This document shows positions 51,653 through 61,278 of a stretch of 64,000 nt of DNA, piece by piece (positions within the stretch are counted from its first letter, which is position 1; each line of letters begins with the position of its first letter). This DNA comes from Acidimicrobiales bacterium (lineage in GTDB: Bacteria > Actinomycetota > Acidimicrobiia > Acidimicrobiales > QHCF01): positions 10,960-74,959 of the forward strand of contig JAVKSQ010000007.1 in assembly GCA_039583615.1 (NCBI GenBank), read 5' to 3'. The position numbers and the translations under genes are program-made. The notes beneath the pieces were generated by a model. The model saw nothing but the letters and a program-made list of their open reading frames with translations, made no database searches and was not told where the DNA came from.

Positions 51653-53206
51653 TCAGGCCGCCGATCCCCGGGCCATCCGGGTGGCCAGCCGGGAGGACAG
51701 GGCCATGATGGTAAGCGCCGGGTTGGCCGATCCCTGGGTGGGGCACACGCTGCCGTCAGCCAGGTACAGGTTGGGCACCGCCCAGGTCCGTTGGTCGGCG
51801 TCCACCACGCTGTCGGCCGGTGAGGTCCCCATCCTGGCTCCTCCGATGAGGTGGGCGTAGCGGTGGATGGTGAGTACGTCCTGGGCTCCCGCCGCCCTCA
51901 GGATGTCGGTGATCACGTTGGTCGACCAGGCGATGTTGGCCTTGTCGTTGTCGCACAGGCTGAAGTCGAAGCGAGCCACCGGCAGGCCGTACCGGTCCTT
52001 CTCGGAGGCCAGGGTGACCCGGTTGTCGGGCTGGGCCAACAGCTCGTTCAAGACGCCGACGGTGGTCCAGTGGTTGTAGTCGCGCATGTACTCGCGCAGG
52101 GCCCGTCCCCAGTGACCGTCGGCCAGCACGTGCTCGGCCCAGCCGATCGGCATGGGCGACACCGTCTGGATGGAGAAGCCCCGGGCAAAGCCCCGGCTCG
52201 GGTCTGTCTCGTAGAAGTCCTCCGAGGAGACCTCCGGGGGCGGCGCTTTGTACATGCGCAGCTCGTTAGGGAACCTCCCGGCCGTCTGCGACGCCCCCTG
52301 GACCATGACGTAGCGGCCCACCTGGTCCTCGTTGTTGCACAGGCCGTGGGGGAAGCGGGCCGACGCCGAGTTGAGCAGCAGGCGCGGCGTCTCGATGGAG
52401 TAGCCCGCGACCGCCACCACCCGGGCTCGCTGCAGGCGCTCGATGCCGTCCGCCTCCGAGATGTAGGCCACACCGGTGGCCGAGCCGCTGGCCTGGTCGA
52501 CCTCGACCCGGCAGGCCATGCAGCCCGCCCGCACCTCCACCCGCTGCGCCAGGGCGTCGGGCAGGTGGGTCACGTAGGGGCTGGCCTTGGCGTTCACCTT
52601 GCAGCCCTGGAGGCAGTAGCCCCGGTAGATGCAGTGGGGCCGGTTGCCGAAGGTGCCGTTGACTATGCCCACCGGACCTACCCGCATGGTGATGCCACAG
52701 GCGATGGCGCCCCGCCACAGGACTGCGGCCGCCTCGGAGATGGGGTGGGGAGAAAAGGGGTAGGAGTGCGGATGGCCCCACGGCCAGTCCTGGCCGGCCA
52801 CCGGCAGCTCCGCCTCGACCTGCTGGTAGTGGGGCTGCAGCTCCTCGTAGGAGATGGGCCAGTCGGCCCCCACGCCGTCAAGGGTCTGGGTGCGCAGATC
52901 CGATGGATGAAAGCGCGGGCAGTAGCCGGCGTAGTGGACCATGGAGCCGCCCACCCCCCTGCCCGAGTTGTTCTTGCCCATCTCCACCGGGTCGGACCCG
53001 CCGATGATGCGATTCTGCGTCCAGTAGAGGTGGTGCGATCCTGCCTCGTCGGAGACCCAGTCCTCGTCCGGGTGCCAGAACGGCCCCGCCTCCAAGATGA
53101 CCACCCTCCATCCTCTCCGGGCCAGGCGCTGGGCCAGGACAGATCCCCCGGCCCCGGCTCCCACGATGCACAGGTCGACCTCCTCGGAGTCCGGGTAGCG
53201 GACCAT
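51653..53206 (-). CDS. GMC-family FAD oxidoreductase
   Basis: ATG 53206, MVRYPDSEEVDLCIVGAGAGGSVLAQRLA (GxGxxG), and C-terminal ..HLIGGARMG..LYLADGSVCPT.. (GMC signature 2 region). Confidence 0.85.
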   Translation of the reverse strand: MVRYPDSEEVDLCIVGAGAGGSVLAQRLARRGWRVVILEAGPFWHPDEDWVSDEAGSHHLYWTQNRIIGGSDPVEMGKNNSGRGVGGSMVHYAGYCPRFHPSDLRTQTLDGVGADWPISYEELQPHYQQVEAELPVAGQDWPWGHPHSYPFSPHPISEAAAVLWRGAIACGITMRVGPVGIVNGTFGNRPHCIYRGYCLQGCKVNAKASPYVTHLPDALAQRVEVRAGCMACRVEVDQASGSATGVAYISEADGIERLQRARVVAVAGYSIETPRLLLNSASARFPHGLCNNEDQVGRYVMVQGASQTAGRFPNELRMYKAPPPEVSSEDFYETDPSRGFARGFSIQTVSPMPIGWAEHVLADGHWGRALREYMRDYNHWTTVGVLNELLAQPDNRVTLASEKDRYGLPVARFDFSLCDNDKANIAWSTNVITDILRAAGAQDVLTIHRYAHLIGGARMGTSPADSVVDADQRTWAVPNLYLADGSVCPTQGSANPALTIMALSSRLATRMARGSAA

Positions 53207-53301
53207 GGTGTCCTCGCCCGGCAGGTCGCGGCGATGCACGTCGAGCAGGTAGCGCGAGTCGTTGTCCTTTGGCCCCACCGACCCCTTCAGGATGCGACGG
53301 A

Positions 53302-54078
53302 TCAAGGCTCTTCGGGCTCCGGCGCCACCCGCACCGGGTCCTCCGAGGTGGCCCCCGGCCGCTCGAAGGGCTCCAGGGTGCTGACCGGACCCAGGCGCAT
53401 GAAGCCACGAGGGTAGGCCGGCCCACCAAAGCCGATCTCGTTCCAGGCCCAGGGATGGGAGTAGAAGGCGGCCAGGATCATGCGCATGCACACCGACCAG
53501 GCCCGCTTGACGTTGAGGCGCTCCCAGGAGCCGCCGGCCAGGTTCCCCTGGCTCAGGTCTGACACCACCGCCTCTTGGCCCTCGGGGGCAACGGCGGCAA
53601 AGCTCTCCTTGCCGTAGCGACTGGCGGCCACCTCGTCCAGGCCGGCCAGGACCAGGTGCCAGGTCTCTCGGTCGTCGGGCATGTCGGCGTACTGGTAGCC
53701 GTCCAGGCGCCCGGCCGCCAGCTTCTCGTCGACCATCTCCACCACCGGGACCCGGGGATCCGCGTCCTGGGCCACGCAGACGTCGCAGAAGGCACGAAGC
53801 GTCGGCTCCTCGGCCTTCGAGAAGAAGCTGAGATCGGTGGGCAGGTTCATCCTGGCCTCGACGACCTTGGCGGTTGCCTGGTCCCAGGTGTCGACGGCGT
53901 CGAAGACGTCGTAGTCGGGGTAGCGCCCGATCATCTGGGGGGTGGTGCCCCGGCGTTGGCGGGGCAGCCACAAAGGGTGGGGCGGCTGCCTGCCCGGGCG
54001 CAGGTTGGGCAGGTGGTGGGGCTTGGTCAGGTCCCTGGGGTGGGCGGCCGGGTCGCTGGGGCCGAGGTGGCCGGACAC
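53302..54078 (-). CDS. Gluconate 2-dehydrogenase subunit 3-family protein (no recognisable Tat signal)
   Basis: FFSKAEEPTLRAFCDVCV...ILAAFYSHPWAWNEIGFGGPAYPRGF is the family pattern. GTG 54078 abuts the upstream stop (TAG-GTG). The internal ATG (MIGRYPDYDV) is an alternative start. Confidence 0.65.
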   Translation of the reverse strand: MSGHLGPSDPAAHPRDLTKPHHLPNLRPGRQPPHPLWLPRQRRGTTPQMIGRYPDYDVFDAVDTWDQATAKVVEARMNLPTDLSFFSKAEEPTLRAFCDVCVAQDADPRVPVVEMVDEKLAAGRLDGYQYADMPDDRETWHLVLAGLDEVAASRYGKESFAAVAPEGQEAVVSDLSQGNLAGGSWERLNVKRAWSVCMRMILAAFYSHPWAWNEIGFGGPAYPRGFMRLGPVSTLEPFERPGATSEDPVRVAPEPEEP

Positions 54079-54558
54079 CTAGGGCTCCCGGCGCAGCAGG
54101 GCGGCCAGGATGCCCATGCCCCCCACGATGGTCATGAGCCCGGGGGCGGCTATGGGTGGGCCCATGGGCACGTTGTAGCTGGCCAGGGCCCACCCGCCCG
54201 GCTTGCGGGCCACGCCCCGGGCGTGGAAGTACTCGCCCATAAGGCCGTTGACGGTGTAGACGAGCGCGGTGATCGGCAGGACGGTCTTGGCCCAGCGCCG
54301 GGAGAAGACCCCGCCGATGCCCGCCACCACCACCGGTGGCGTCACCACTATCGGGCTCCACATCCACTTGTTCCCGAAGCTGGCCCGGTAGTGCTCGAGG
54401 TAGATCTCGGCAGTGGTCACCGCCGCCGCCAGGGCGGTCAGCCCCGACAGGGACCGCTCGAAGCGCCCGTGGGCCACGTCCTTGACCGCCACGTCGATGA
54501 GATGGGCGGCCTCGCCCATCGCCTGGCTGTGGGTCCGCGGGGCACCGGGCCCGGCCAT
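54079..54558 (-). CDS. Hypothetical 4-TM membrane protein
   Basis: 159 aa, hydrophobic. Packed tightly between the TPP enzyme (2-nt gap) and the subunit-3-like gene (0-nt gap). Confidence 0.55.
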   Translation of the reverse strand: MAGPGAPRTHSQAMGEAAHLIDVAVKDVAHGRFERSLSGLTALAAAVTTAEIYLEHYRASFGNKWMWSPIVVTPPVVVAGIGGVFSRRWAKTVLPITALVYTVNGLMGEYFHARGVARKPGGWALASYNVPMGPPIAAPGLMTIVGGMGILAALLRREP

Positions 54559-54560
54559 GC

Positions 54561-56363
54561 TCAGCCCTTTCCCCTGGGATGGAAGAGCTCCTGGAGCATC
54601 TCTCGCACCCCCTCCCTGGCCCCGGCTATGCCCTCGCTCGGCGCCTCCACGACCGATGTCATGAGGTCCTTGGCCTGCTCGAAGGTGACGTGGGGCGGGA
54701 TGGGAGGCTCCTCCGGGGTGGTGAGGGCATCGACGATCACCGGCCGGTCGGCGGCGAACGCCTCGGTGAAGGCCGCCTCGATCTCCTCCGAGCGGGTCAC
54801 CTTGATGCCCTTGAGGCCTATCAGATCGGCCCAGTCGGCGTAGGAGACGTACGGGATGGACTGCGAGGCGTCGAAGCGGGGATCACCCTCCATGGCCCGC
54901 TGCTCCCAGGTGACCTGGTTGAGGTCCTCATTGTTGAGCACCAGCACCACATAGCGGGGATCCGACCAACCCTTGTAGTACTTGGCCGCCGTCAGCATCT
55001 CGGCCATGCCGCCCATCTGCATGGCGCCGTCACCCACCATGGCCACGGCCACCCGGTCGGGGTAGGCGAACTTGGCGGCGATGCCGTAGGGAACCCCTGG
55101 GACCATGGTGGCCAGGTTGCCCGACAGCGAGGCCTTCATCCCGCGGCGGATCCTGACCTGGCGGGCGAACCAGTTGGCCGCCGAGCCTGAGTCGGAAGAC
55201 AAGATGGCGTTGTCGGGCAGGTGTCTTGACAGGGCGGAGAACAGCCCCTCGGGTCGGATGCGTCCGTCGAGGTCAGACGGCTTGCCTCGCTCCTCCATCA
55301 GCTCCCACCAGTCCGCCACGCCCCTCACGATGCCGTCCTGCCAGGACCGGTCGGCCTTGCGGGCCAGCATGGGGAGCAGCTCGGCCAAGGTGGCCTTGGA
55401 GTCCCCCACCAGGGCCAGGTCCATCGGGTAGCGGATGGACAGCATGCGAGGAGCCAGGTCGATCTGGATTCCCCTGGCCTGGCCGGTGGTCGGCAGGAAC
55501 TCCGAGTACGGGAACGAAGACCCCACCATCAACAAGGTGTCGGCCGATTGCATCATGTCCCACGATGGCTTGGTCCCCAGCAGGCCGATGCTCCCGGTGC
55601 AGTAGGGGACGTCGTCGGGAACCGCCGCCTTGCCCAGCAGGGCCTTGGCCACCCCGGCCCCGAGGGCGTCGGCCACCGCCAGGACCTCGTCGGTGGCGTG
55701 GAGGGCTCCGGCGCCCACCAGCATGGCCACCCGTTGTCCGGCGTCGAGCATGTCGGCGGCCTGGCGGAGCTGGTCGACCGAGGGGACGACCCGCGGCGGC
55801 CACCAGCCCACGCCGGTGTGCACGGTATGGGTCTTCTTGGGCTGCTCCTCCACCGCCTCCATGTCCTGGACGTCGGCCGGCACGATGACGCACGTGACCG
55901 TGCGCTCGGCCTTGGCTATGCGAAATGCCCGGTCGACGATGTGGCGGACCGACGCAGGGGTGTTGACCTGCTGGCACCAGGCGGAGGCGACGTCCGAGTA
56001 CAGCTGGAGCAGGTTCACCTCTTGTTGGAAGTCCCCGCCCATGGCTCGAACGAAGGTCTGGCCCACGATCGCCACCACCGGCTGGTGGTCCAGCTTGGCA
56101 TCGTACAGGCCGTTCAACAGGTGGATGGCCCCCGGCCCGGAGGTGGCCATGCAAACGCCCACCTCGCCGGTGAACTTGGCGTGGCCGCAGGCCATGAACG
56201 CGGCCATCTCCTCGTGGCGGGTCTGGACGAAGCGCAACTGGCCCTGGTGGCGACGCAGAGAGCCAAGGATGCCGTTGATGCCGTCGCCGGGGAAGCCGTA
56301 GATGGTGTCGACTCCCCACTCCACCAATCGCTCGCACAGGTTGTCGGCTGCGGTCTTGGCCAT
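54561..56363 (-). CDS. Thiamine-pyrophosphate enzyme, pyruvate oxidase/dehydrogenase (PoxB)-like
   Basis: N-terminal LVEWGVDTIYGFPGDGINGIL, ..HEEMAAFMACGHAKFTG.., and TPP-binding GDGAMQM...LVLNNEDLN. 600 aa. Confidence 0.85.
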   Translation of the reverse strand: MAKTAADNLCERLVEWGVDTIYGFPGDGINGILGSLRRHQGQLRFVQTRHEEMAAFMACGHAKFTGEVGVCMATSGPGAIHLLNGLYDAKLDHQPVVAIVGQTFVRAMGGDFQQEVNLLQLYSDVASAWCQQVNTPASVRHIVDRAFRIAKAERTVTCVIVPADVQDMEAVEEQPKKTHTVHTGVGWWPPRVVPSVDQLRQAADMLDAGQRVAMLVGAGALHATDEVLAVADALGAGVAKALLGKAAVPDDVPYCTGSIGLLGTKPSWDMMQSADTLLMVGSSFPYSEFLPTTGQARGIQIDLAPRMLSIRYPMDLALVGDSKATLAELLPMLARKADRSWQDGIVRGVADWWELMEERGKPSDLDGRIRPEGLFSALSRHLPDNAILSSDSGSAANWFARQVRIRRGMKASLSGNLATMVPGVPYGIAAKFAYPDRVAVAMVGDGAMQMGGMAEMLTAAKYYKGWSDPRYVVLVLNNEDLNQVTWEQRAMEGDPRFDASQSIPYVSYADWADLIGLKGIKVTRSEEIEAAFTEAFAADRPVIVDALTTPEEPPIPPHVTFEQAKDLMTSVVEAPSEGIAGAREGVREMLQELFHPRGKG

Positions 56364-56466
56364 CTCTTCGGTCCTTTCGCCACCTCGCTCCTACCCGCTG
56401 CTCGTCAGCCCTACCGTCGCCCCGGGCCCGCCGTGACATCCTGGGACGGCGATGGGCGCCGGTGGC

Positions 56467-58269
56467 TCAACTGGCGGTCCCCGAAGGCTGGGCAGACCCA
56501 GCGGCGTGGGACTGCCGGGCTGCGCACTCCAGCATCACCGCGTGGACGAAGGCCTGGGGGAGGTTCCCCCTGAGCTGGCGCTCGACTACGTCGTACTCCT
56601 CGGAGAACAGTCCCGGAGGTCCGCAGGCCGCCCGGTTGCGCTCGAACCAGCGGGTGGCCTCGACATGGTCACCGCGGTCCCAGCAGGCCAGCGACATCCA
56701 GAACCCGCACAGCAAGAAGGCTCCCTCCGCCTGGCCCAGGGGGCCGGCACCGTGGCGAAAGCGGTAGACGTAGCCGTCCTCGGCCAGCTCGGACCGCACC
56801 GCCTGGTAGGTGGCGACCGAGCGGGGGTCGTCGACCGGGAGGGCCCCCCGGATGGCAGCCAGCAGCAGGGCGGCATCCAGGCGGTCGTCGTCCACCGCCC
56901 GCTTCCAGCGCCCGCTGGGGTGGAGCGAGGTAGCTGCCACCTCGGCCAGGATGGCGTCGGCCAGTGCCATCCACTCGGCCGCGGCCGAGGCGGAGGCGCC
57001 CGGAGCGGAGCTGATGGCCCGCAGGCCGGCCACGCACTCCAGGCCCGAGTGGGTCCACCGCTTGGGCGAGAGCTCCCAGATGCCGGCGTCGGGCTCACGC
57101 CAACGAGCGGCGATGGCATCGGCGGCGGCCTTGGCCGCCCGCCACCCGTCCAACTCGAGATGATCGTGCCCGGCGGCGGCGGCGAACAGCAGCAGCGCCT
57201 CGCCCAGTGCGTCCAGCTGGAACTGTGAGTTGACGTGGTTGCCGACGATGTCGGTGCCCCCCGGGTAGCCTGCCAGGCCGAGGGAGTGCTGGTCGGGGAC
57301 GCGCTCCCCCCTCACCGTGTAGGCCGGGCTGAGCTGGGGGCCGTCGGCCAGCAGGCGATCCTGGACGAAGCCGACGGCATCGTCCATCAGGGAGTGGGGG
57401 CCGGCGGCGGCTACCGCTTCGCCGGCGAAGCACTGGTCGCGTATCCATGCGTACCGGTAGTCGTAGCTGTCACCCTTGTCCGCCCGCTCGGGAAGGGAGG
57501 TGGTGGCGGCGGCCACCATGCCTCCCCCCGAGCTGGTCAGGCCGGCCAGGACCGCGTAGGAATGGCGGGCGTCCCGCCGGGCCACCATCTCGTCCATGGC
57601 CGGGACGACCCGGCTCCAGTGGGCCTGGGTGGCGTCCCACGCCGCGCCGGGGTCGGGGCGCTGACCGGCCGGCGCCTGCTCGGCCAGCTCCAGGACCAGG
57701 TCGTGGGCCTGGCCTGGGGCCAGAGTGAGGTGGGTGTCCAGCCAGTGGCCGCCGTGCCCGTCGGGGCCCGGCTCGGCCTCGGGCGCCCCCGACCAGCGCA
57801 GGTGGACCAGCCCGGTGGCGGCCGTCCACGTCCCGTCCTCGTGGCGGCGAAGGGACCGGGCGGGGTCGGCGCCGTAGCCGGCCCGAGGGTGCAGGAAGAC
57901 CCGAACCTGGTTCGTCCCCTCCACCGCCACCAGCCGGCGCAGGAGGGTGGCACGGCCGGGGTGGCCCGGGTAGGCCAGCGCCTCGCGGCACTCGACTATC
58001 CCTGCCGACGTGACCCAGCGGCTGCGCCATATGAGCGACCCCTCCTCGTAGTAGCCGCCCCAGACGAAGCGCCCCCGCGGAGTCACCGCGTAGAGACCAG
58101 ATCCGCCGATCAGGGACGAGAACAGCGAAGGGCTGTCCCAGCGGGGAAAGCACATCCAGGAGATGTCGCCCTTGGGCCCGATGACCGCCCCCCTCTCGCC
58201 GTCCGCCAGGAGGGAGTACTCCCGCAGCACGTGCGGCATCCTCAGCTCCGCCTCGGGCACCCCTTTCAT
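56467..58269 (-). CDS. Glycoside hydrolase family 15 (glucoamylase/trehalase-like)
   Basis: LREYSLLADGERGAVIGPKGDISWMCFPRWDSPSLFSSL, ..YRYAWIRDQCFAG.., 600 aa. Confidence 0.85.
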   Translation of the reverse strand: MKGVPEAELRMPHVLREYSLLADGERGAVIGPKGDISWMCFPRWDSPSLFSSLIGGSGLYAVTPRGRFVWGGYYEEGSLIWRSRWVTSAGIVECREALAYPGHPGRATLLRRLVAVEGTNQVRVFLHPRAGYGADPARSLRRHEDGTWTAATGLVHLRWSGAPEAEPGPDGHGGHWLDTHLTLAPGQAHDLVLELAEQAPAGQRPDPGAAWDATQAHWSRVVPAMDEMVARRDARHSYAVLAGLTSSGGGMVAAATTSLPERADKGDSYDYRYAWIRDQCFAGEAVAAAGPHSLMDDAVGFVQDRLLADGPQLSPAYTVRGERVPDQHSLGLAGYPGGTDIVGNHVNSQFQLDALGEALLLFAAAAGHDHLELDGWRAAKAAADAIAARWREPDAGIWELSPKRWTHSGLECVAGLRAISSAPGASASAAAEWMALADAILAEVAATSLHPSGRWKRAVDDDRLDAALLLAAIRGALPVDDPRSVATYQAVRSELAEDGYVYRFRHGAGPLGQAEGAFLLCGFWMSLACWDRGDHVEATRWFERNRAACGPPGLFSEEYDVVERQLRGNLPQAFVHAVMLECAARQSHAAGSAQPSGTAS

Positions 58270-58646
58270 TCACCGCTGCCGATCAGCACCGGCGAGGTCC
58301 GGGCCCTCACTCTGGGTCCGGCCACCGAGCGCCAGCTCCAAGCGGCGAAGACCCACGCCATCAGGGCGTCGAGCAGGGCGGCCCGCCAGCGCCGCCGGTC
58401 GAAGGACACCAGGGCGGTCACGCTGAGGGCGTGAAGGGAGTCGACCACCGCTGCCAGCTCGGCTCTAGGCGGGGTCCCCTTGAGCTCCAGGCCCGCCTCG
58501 ATCAGGTGACGAGTGCCCAGGACCCGAGCCAGCACCAGCCAGGTGCGGTCATTGGCGCCGCCCCCGGCCGCTCGCTCCACCAGCCTCGGGAAGCCGAGGA
58601 GCAGGCCTGCCCAGGCCAGTCTCACCGCCACCAGAGGGGTCATCAC
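58266..58646 (-). CDS. Hypothetical membrane protein
   Basis: 126 aa. Its stop overlaps the GH15 start (ATGA). Has hydrophobic segments but no recognisable motif. Confidence 0.4.
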   Translation of the reverse strand: MMTPLVAVRLAWAGLLLGFPRLVERAAGGGANDRTWLVLARVLGTRHLIEAGLELKGTPPRAELAAVVDSLHALSVTALVSFDRRRWRAALLDALMAWVFAAWSWRSVAGPRVRARTSPVLIGSGE

Positions 58647-58685
58647 CCAGCAGCCTCCCCGGCTGGAGGCATACGAAAACCCGCC

Positions 58686-60011
58686 CTAGCGCAGACCCAG
58701 GCCAGAGGCCTCGCCCGAGGAGCGACCGGGGCCCGGGGGAGCGGGGCTGATGGGGTGGTCGTGGAGGGGGAGAACGTGGTGGGCAGGGGCGTGGTCCCGG
58801 TGGTGAAGGAGATGGTCGTGGAGGGCGTGGTGGCCGAGGGCCCACGGATGGGGCCGGTCGCCTCTCCCCCCGCGTCGGCGGGCCAGCTCGAGGTAGCCCC
58901 AGGCTCCCCAGCCGACCGGCACCAGGCCCCAGAAGCTCACCACCCGGTAGAGCACGACGGTGGCCAGCGCCTGGTCGGCCCTCATCCCGTAGGCCACCAG
59001 CAGGGCGGCCATGCTGCCTTCCACCACGCCCAAGCCCCCTGGGGTGACGGGCAGGCTTGCCGCGATCTGGGTGAAGCCGTAGGCCACCAGCACTCCCCGC
59101 CAGGGGACGGGGGCGCCCAGGGCCAGTATGCACGCCACCATGCAGGCGCAGTCGTCCACCCAGTTGGCCAGGGCCAGCGCGAACGCTTCCAGCCATCCGA
59201 GAGGGCTGGGACGCACGGTCCTGGCCCGCGTCGCCAGGCGCTCCAGGGCGCCAGCCAAGTCCTGTCCCCTGGGCAGCCTGGCCCGCAGCCATGCCCACGT
59301 CTGGCCGGCGTGGCGCCTGACGCCACTGGAGCGGTGGATGGCCACCGCGGCGATGGCGGCCACCACCGGGATGGCGGCCAGGCCGGCGGCCTCCCAGCGC
59401 AAGCCGGCCATGGGCCCCTTGGAACCGGCCAGCTCGATGCCCCCCGCCACCACCAGGAACAGGGCGAAGCTGGACAGGGCGCCGGCCACCAGGATGACCC
59501 AGCCGGCCAGGACCCGGTCGGCGCCCCGCCGGCGCAGCTGGCCGAAGGCCCAGCCGGCGGCCCAGGCAACCCCGCCGGGGAGCGACGTGGACATGGCGTT
59601 CCCGGCCAGGGTGATCTCCACCATGGGTACCAGCCCGATCTCCACCTGGCCGGCCCTCAGCAGCCAGCGCTGGAGGCGGGCGAAGACGACCATCGACGCA
59701 GCTTGGACGGCGATGGCGGCCGCCAGCCACGTCCAGTCGAGATGGCCCAGCAGGTGGGATGCCTCGGCCAGCTGGTGGCGCTTGCCCACCGCCGCCGCCA
59801 GCGCCCCGGCCAGCAAGGCCACCGCCACCGCCCGGCGCAGCCACGACCGCCATCGCCGCCCTGGCCGGGCGTCGGTACCCGGCCGGGCATCGTCGGGGCG
59901 GATGCTGGCTGGTGCTCCGGGCGTTTCCTCGCGGGTCGAACCCTGCGTCACGCAATCCCCGTCCTGGTGCCGATCGTATCCGAGGTGGAGCCTCCCCGGA
60001 GGCGGAGCCAA
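58686..60011 (-). CDS. Lysylphosphatidylglycerol-synthase TM-region-like (UPF0104/flippase-like) membrane protein with His-rich C-tail
   Basis: ..WLAAAIAVQAASMVVFARLQRWLL..TLAGNAMSTSLPGGVAWAAGWAF..PGGLGVVEGSM.. The start is uncertain (GTG 59951 is plausible). Confidence 0.65.
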   Translation of the reverse strand: MAPPPGRLHLGYDRHQDGDCVTQGSTREETPGAPASIRPDDARPGTDARPGRRWRSWLRRAVAVALLAGALAAAVGKRHQLAEASHLLGHLDWTWLAAAIAVQAASMVVFARLQRWLLRAGQVEIGLVPMVEITLAGNAMSTSLPGGVAWAAGWAFGQLRRRGADRVLAGWVILVAGALSSFALFLVVAGGIELAGSKGPMAGLRWEAAGLAAIPVVAAIAAVAIHRSSGVRRHAGQTWAWLRARLPRGQDLAGALERLATRARTVRPSPLGWLEAFALALANWVDDCACMVACILALGAPVPWRGVLVAYGFTQIAASLPVTPGGLGVVEGSMAALLVAYGMRADQALATVVLYRVVSFWGLVPVGWGAWGYLELARRRGGRGDRPHPWALGHHALHDHLLHHRDHAPAHHVLPLHDHPISPAPPGPGRSSGEASGLGLR

Positions 60012-60047
60012 ACATACAGCCAGCGGTCACCGGGTCCGCCGGGATGC

Positions 60048-60689
60048 CTACTGTCCGGTCCGGCCACCCCAGACGAGGCGGTCCATGAACACCCAGGACC
60101 GCCGGTGGATGGAGGTGGGACCCCACGCCCGCAGGGCCATCTTGTGCCGGGGGCACGGATAGCCTTTGTTGAGCTCGAAATCATATCCGGGGAAGCTCTC
60201 GGCCTCGGCCCGCATGAGGCGGTCGCGGGTGACCTTGGCCAGCACCGACGCGGTGGCGATGGACAGGCAGGTGGCGTCCCCCCTCACCACCCGGGTGATC
60301 GCTCCGACGCCCACGAAGTCCCACCGGCCGTCCACCAGCACCTGGTCTGGGGCCACCCCGAGGTCGGCCAGGGCCCGCTGGGCAGCCAGGCGCTGAGCGG
60401 CCGACATGCCCAGCTCGTCACACTCGAGGGGGCTGGCGTGGCCCACTGCCCAGGCCACGCACCAGCCGGCCAGCCGGTCGAAGAGCCTCTCCCGCTGGGG
60501 CTCCGAGAGGGCCTTGGAGTCCCGGACCTTGTACACCCGGCGGTCCGGTGGGATGACGGCCATGCCCACGCTGATCGGCCCGGCCCAGGCCCCCCTGCCC
60601 ACCTCGTCGACCCCCACCACGACCGCGTCCCCCTGGGCCCACAGCGGGCGCTCCAGGACCAGTGACGGGACGACCACCCCTCGGGCCAC
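60048..60689 (-). CDS. rnhB: Ribonuclease HII
   Basis: VGVDEVGRGAWAGP, VRDSKALS, SIATASVLAKVTRD, NKGYP. Confidence 0.9.
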   Translation of the reverse strand: MARGVVVPSLVLERPLWAQGDAVVVGVDEVGRGAWAGPISVGMAVIPPDRRVYKVRDSKALSEPQRERLFDRLAGWCVAWAVGHASPLECDELGMSAAQRLAAQRALADLGVAPDQVLVDGRWDFVGVGAITRVVRGDATCLSIATASVLAKVTRDRLMRAEAESFPGYDFELNKGYPCPRHKMALRAWGPTSIHRRSWVFMDRLVWGGRTGQ

Positions 60690-60782
60690 GGCAGCCCAAG
60701 CTAGTCCCGCCCGGCGGCGTCACTGCCTGGCCAGCCGCACCTCGCCAGGGGCGATGCATTCTCAGCCCGGCGATGGGCCAGG

Positions 60783-61238
60783 ATGGGGCGCGTGCCTCCC
60801 TCCAATACCCCGACCGCCAGACGACCAAGTGCATGGCTGCTACGCCTGGCCACCGCGGCCATGCTGGCGGTGATCGGGGTCGACCACCTCCACCTCTACC
60901 TCGGGATGTACAAGGACATTCCCAAGATCGGAAAGCTCTTCCTGGCCAACCTGGCCGTCTCGGCGGTGCTGGCGATCCTCGTCCTGGTCCGGCCGTTGGC
61001 CATCTTCACCCTCGCCGCCGTCCTGTTCGCCCTGGGCACCGCCGCCTTCTACGCCTACAGCCTCCAGGCGCCGCTGTTCCAGTTCATGGAGTCCGGCATC
61101 TCCTACTCCGGAGGGCTGGCCCTGGCCGCCGAGGGAGCAACTGTCCTGGCCGCCGTCGGCCTGGTCCTGCGCCGGCGGCGCACCGGCGCCCCGGCGCCGG
61201 CGCCAGGGACCGATCCCGGTAGGTGGGCCAAGGCCTAG
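60783..61238 (+). CDS. Hypothetical membrane protein
   Basis: 151 aa with 4 hydrophobic segments and high GC3. No motif recognised. Confidence 0.5.
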   Translation: MGRVPPSNTPTARRPSAWLLRLATAAMLAVIGVDHLHLYLGMYKDIPKIGKLFLANLAVSAVLAILVLVRPLAIFTLAAVLFALGTAAFYAYSLQAPLFQFMESGISYSGGLALAAEGATVLAAVGLVLRRRRTGAPAPAPGTDPGRWAKA

Positions 61239-61278
61239 CCAAGGCCGGGCCAGGGCCTAGCCGGGGCTCGGGGCCGCC

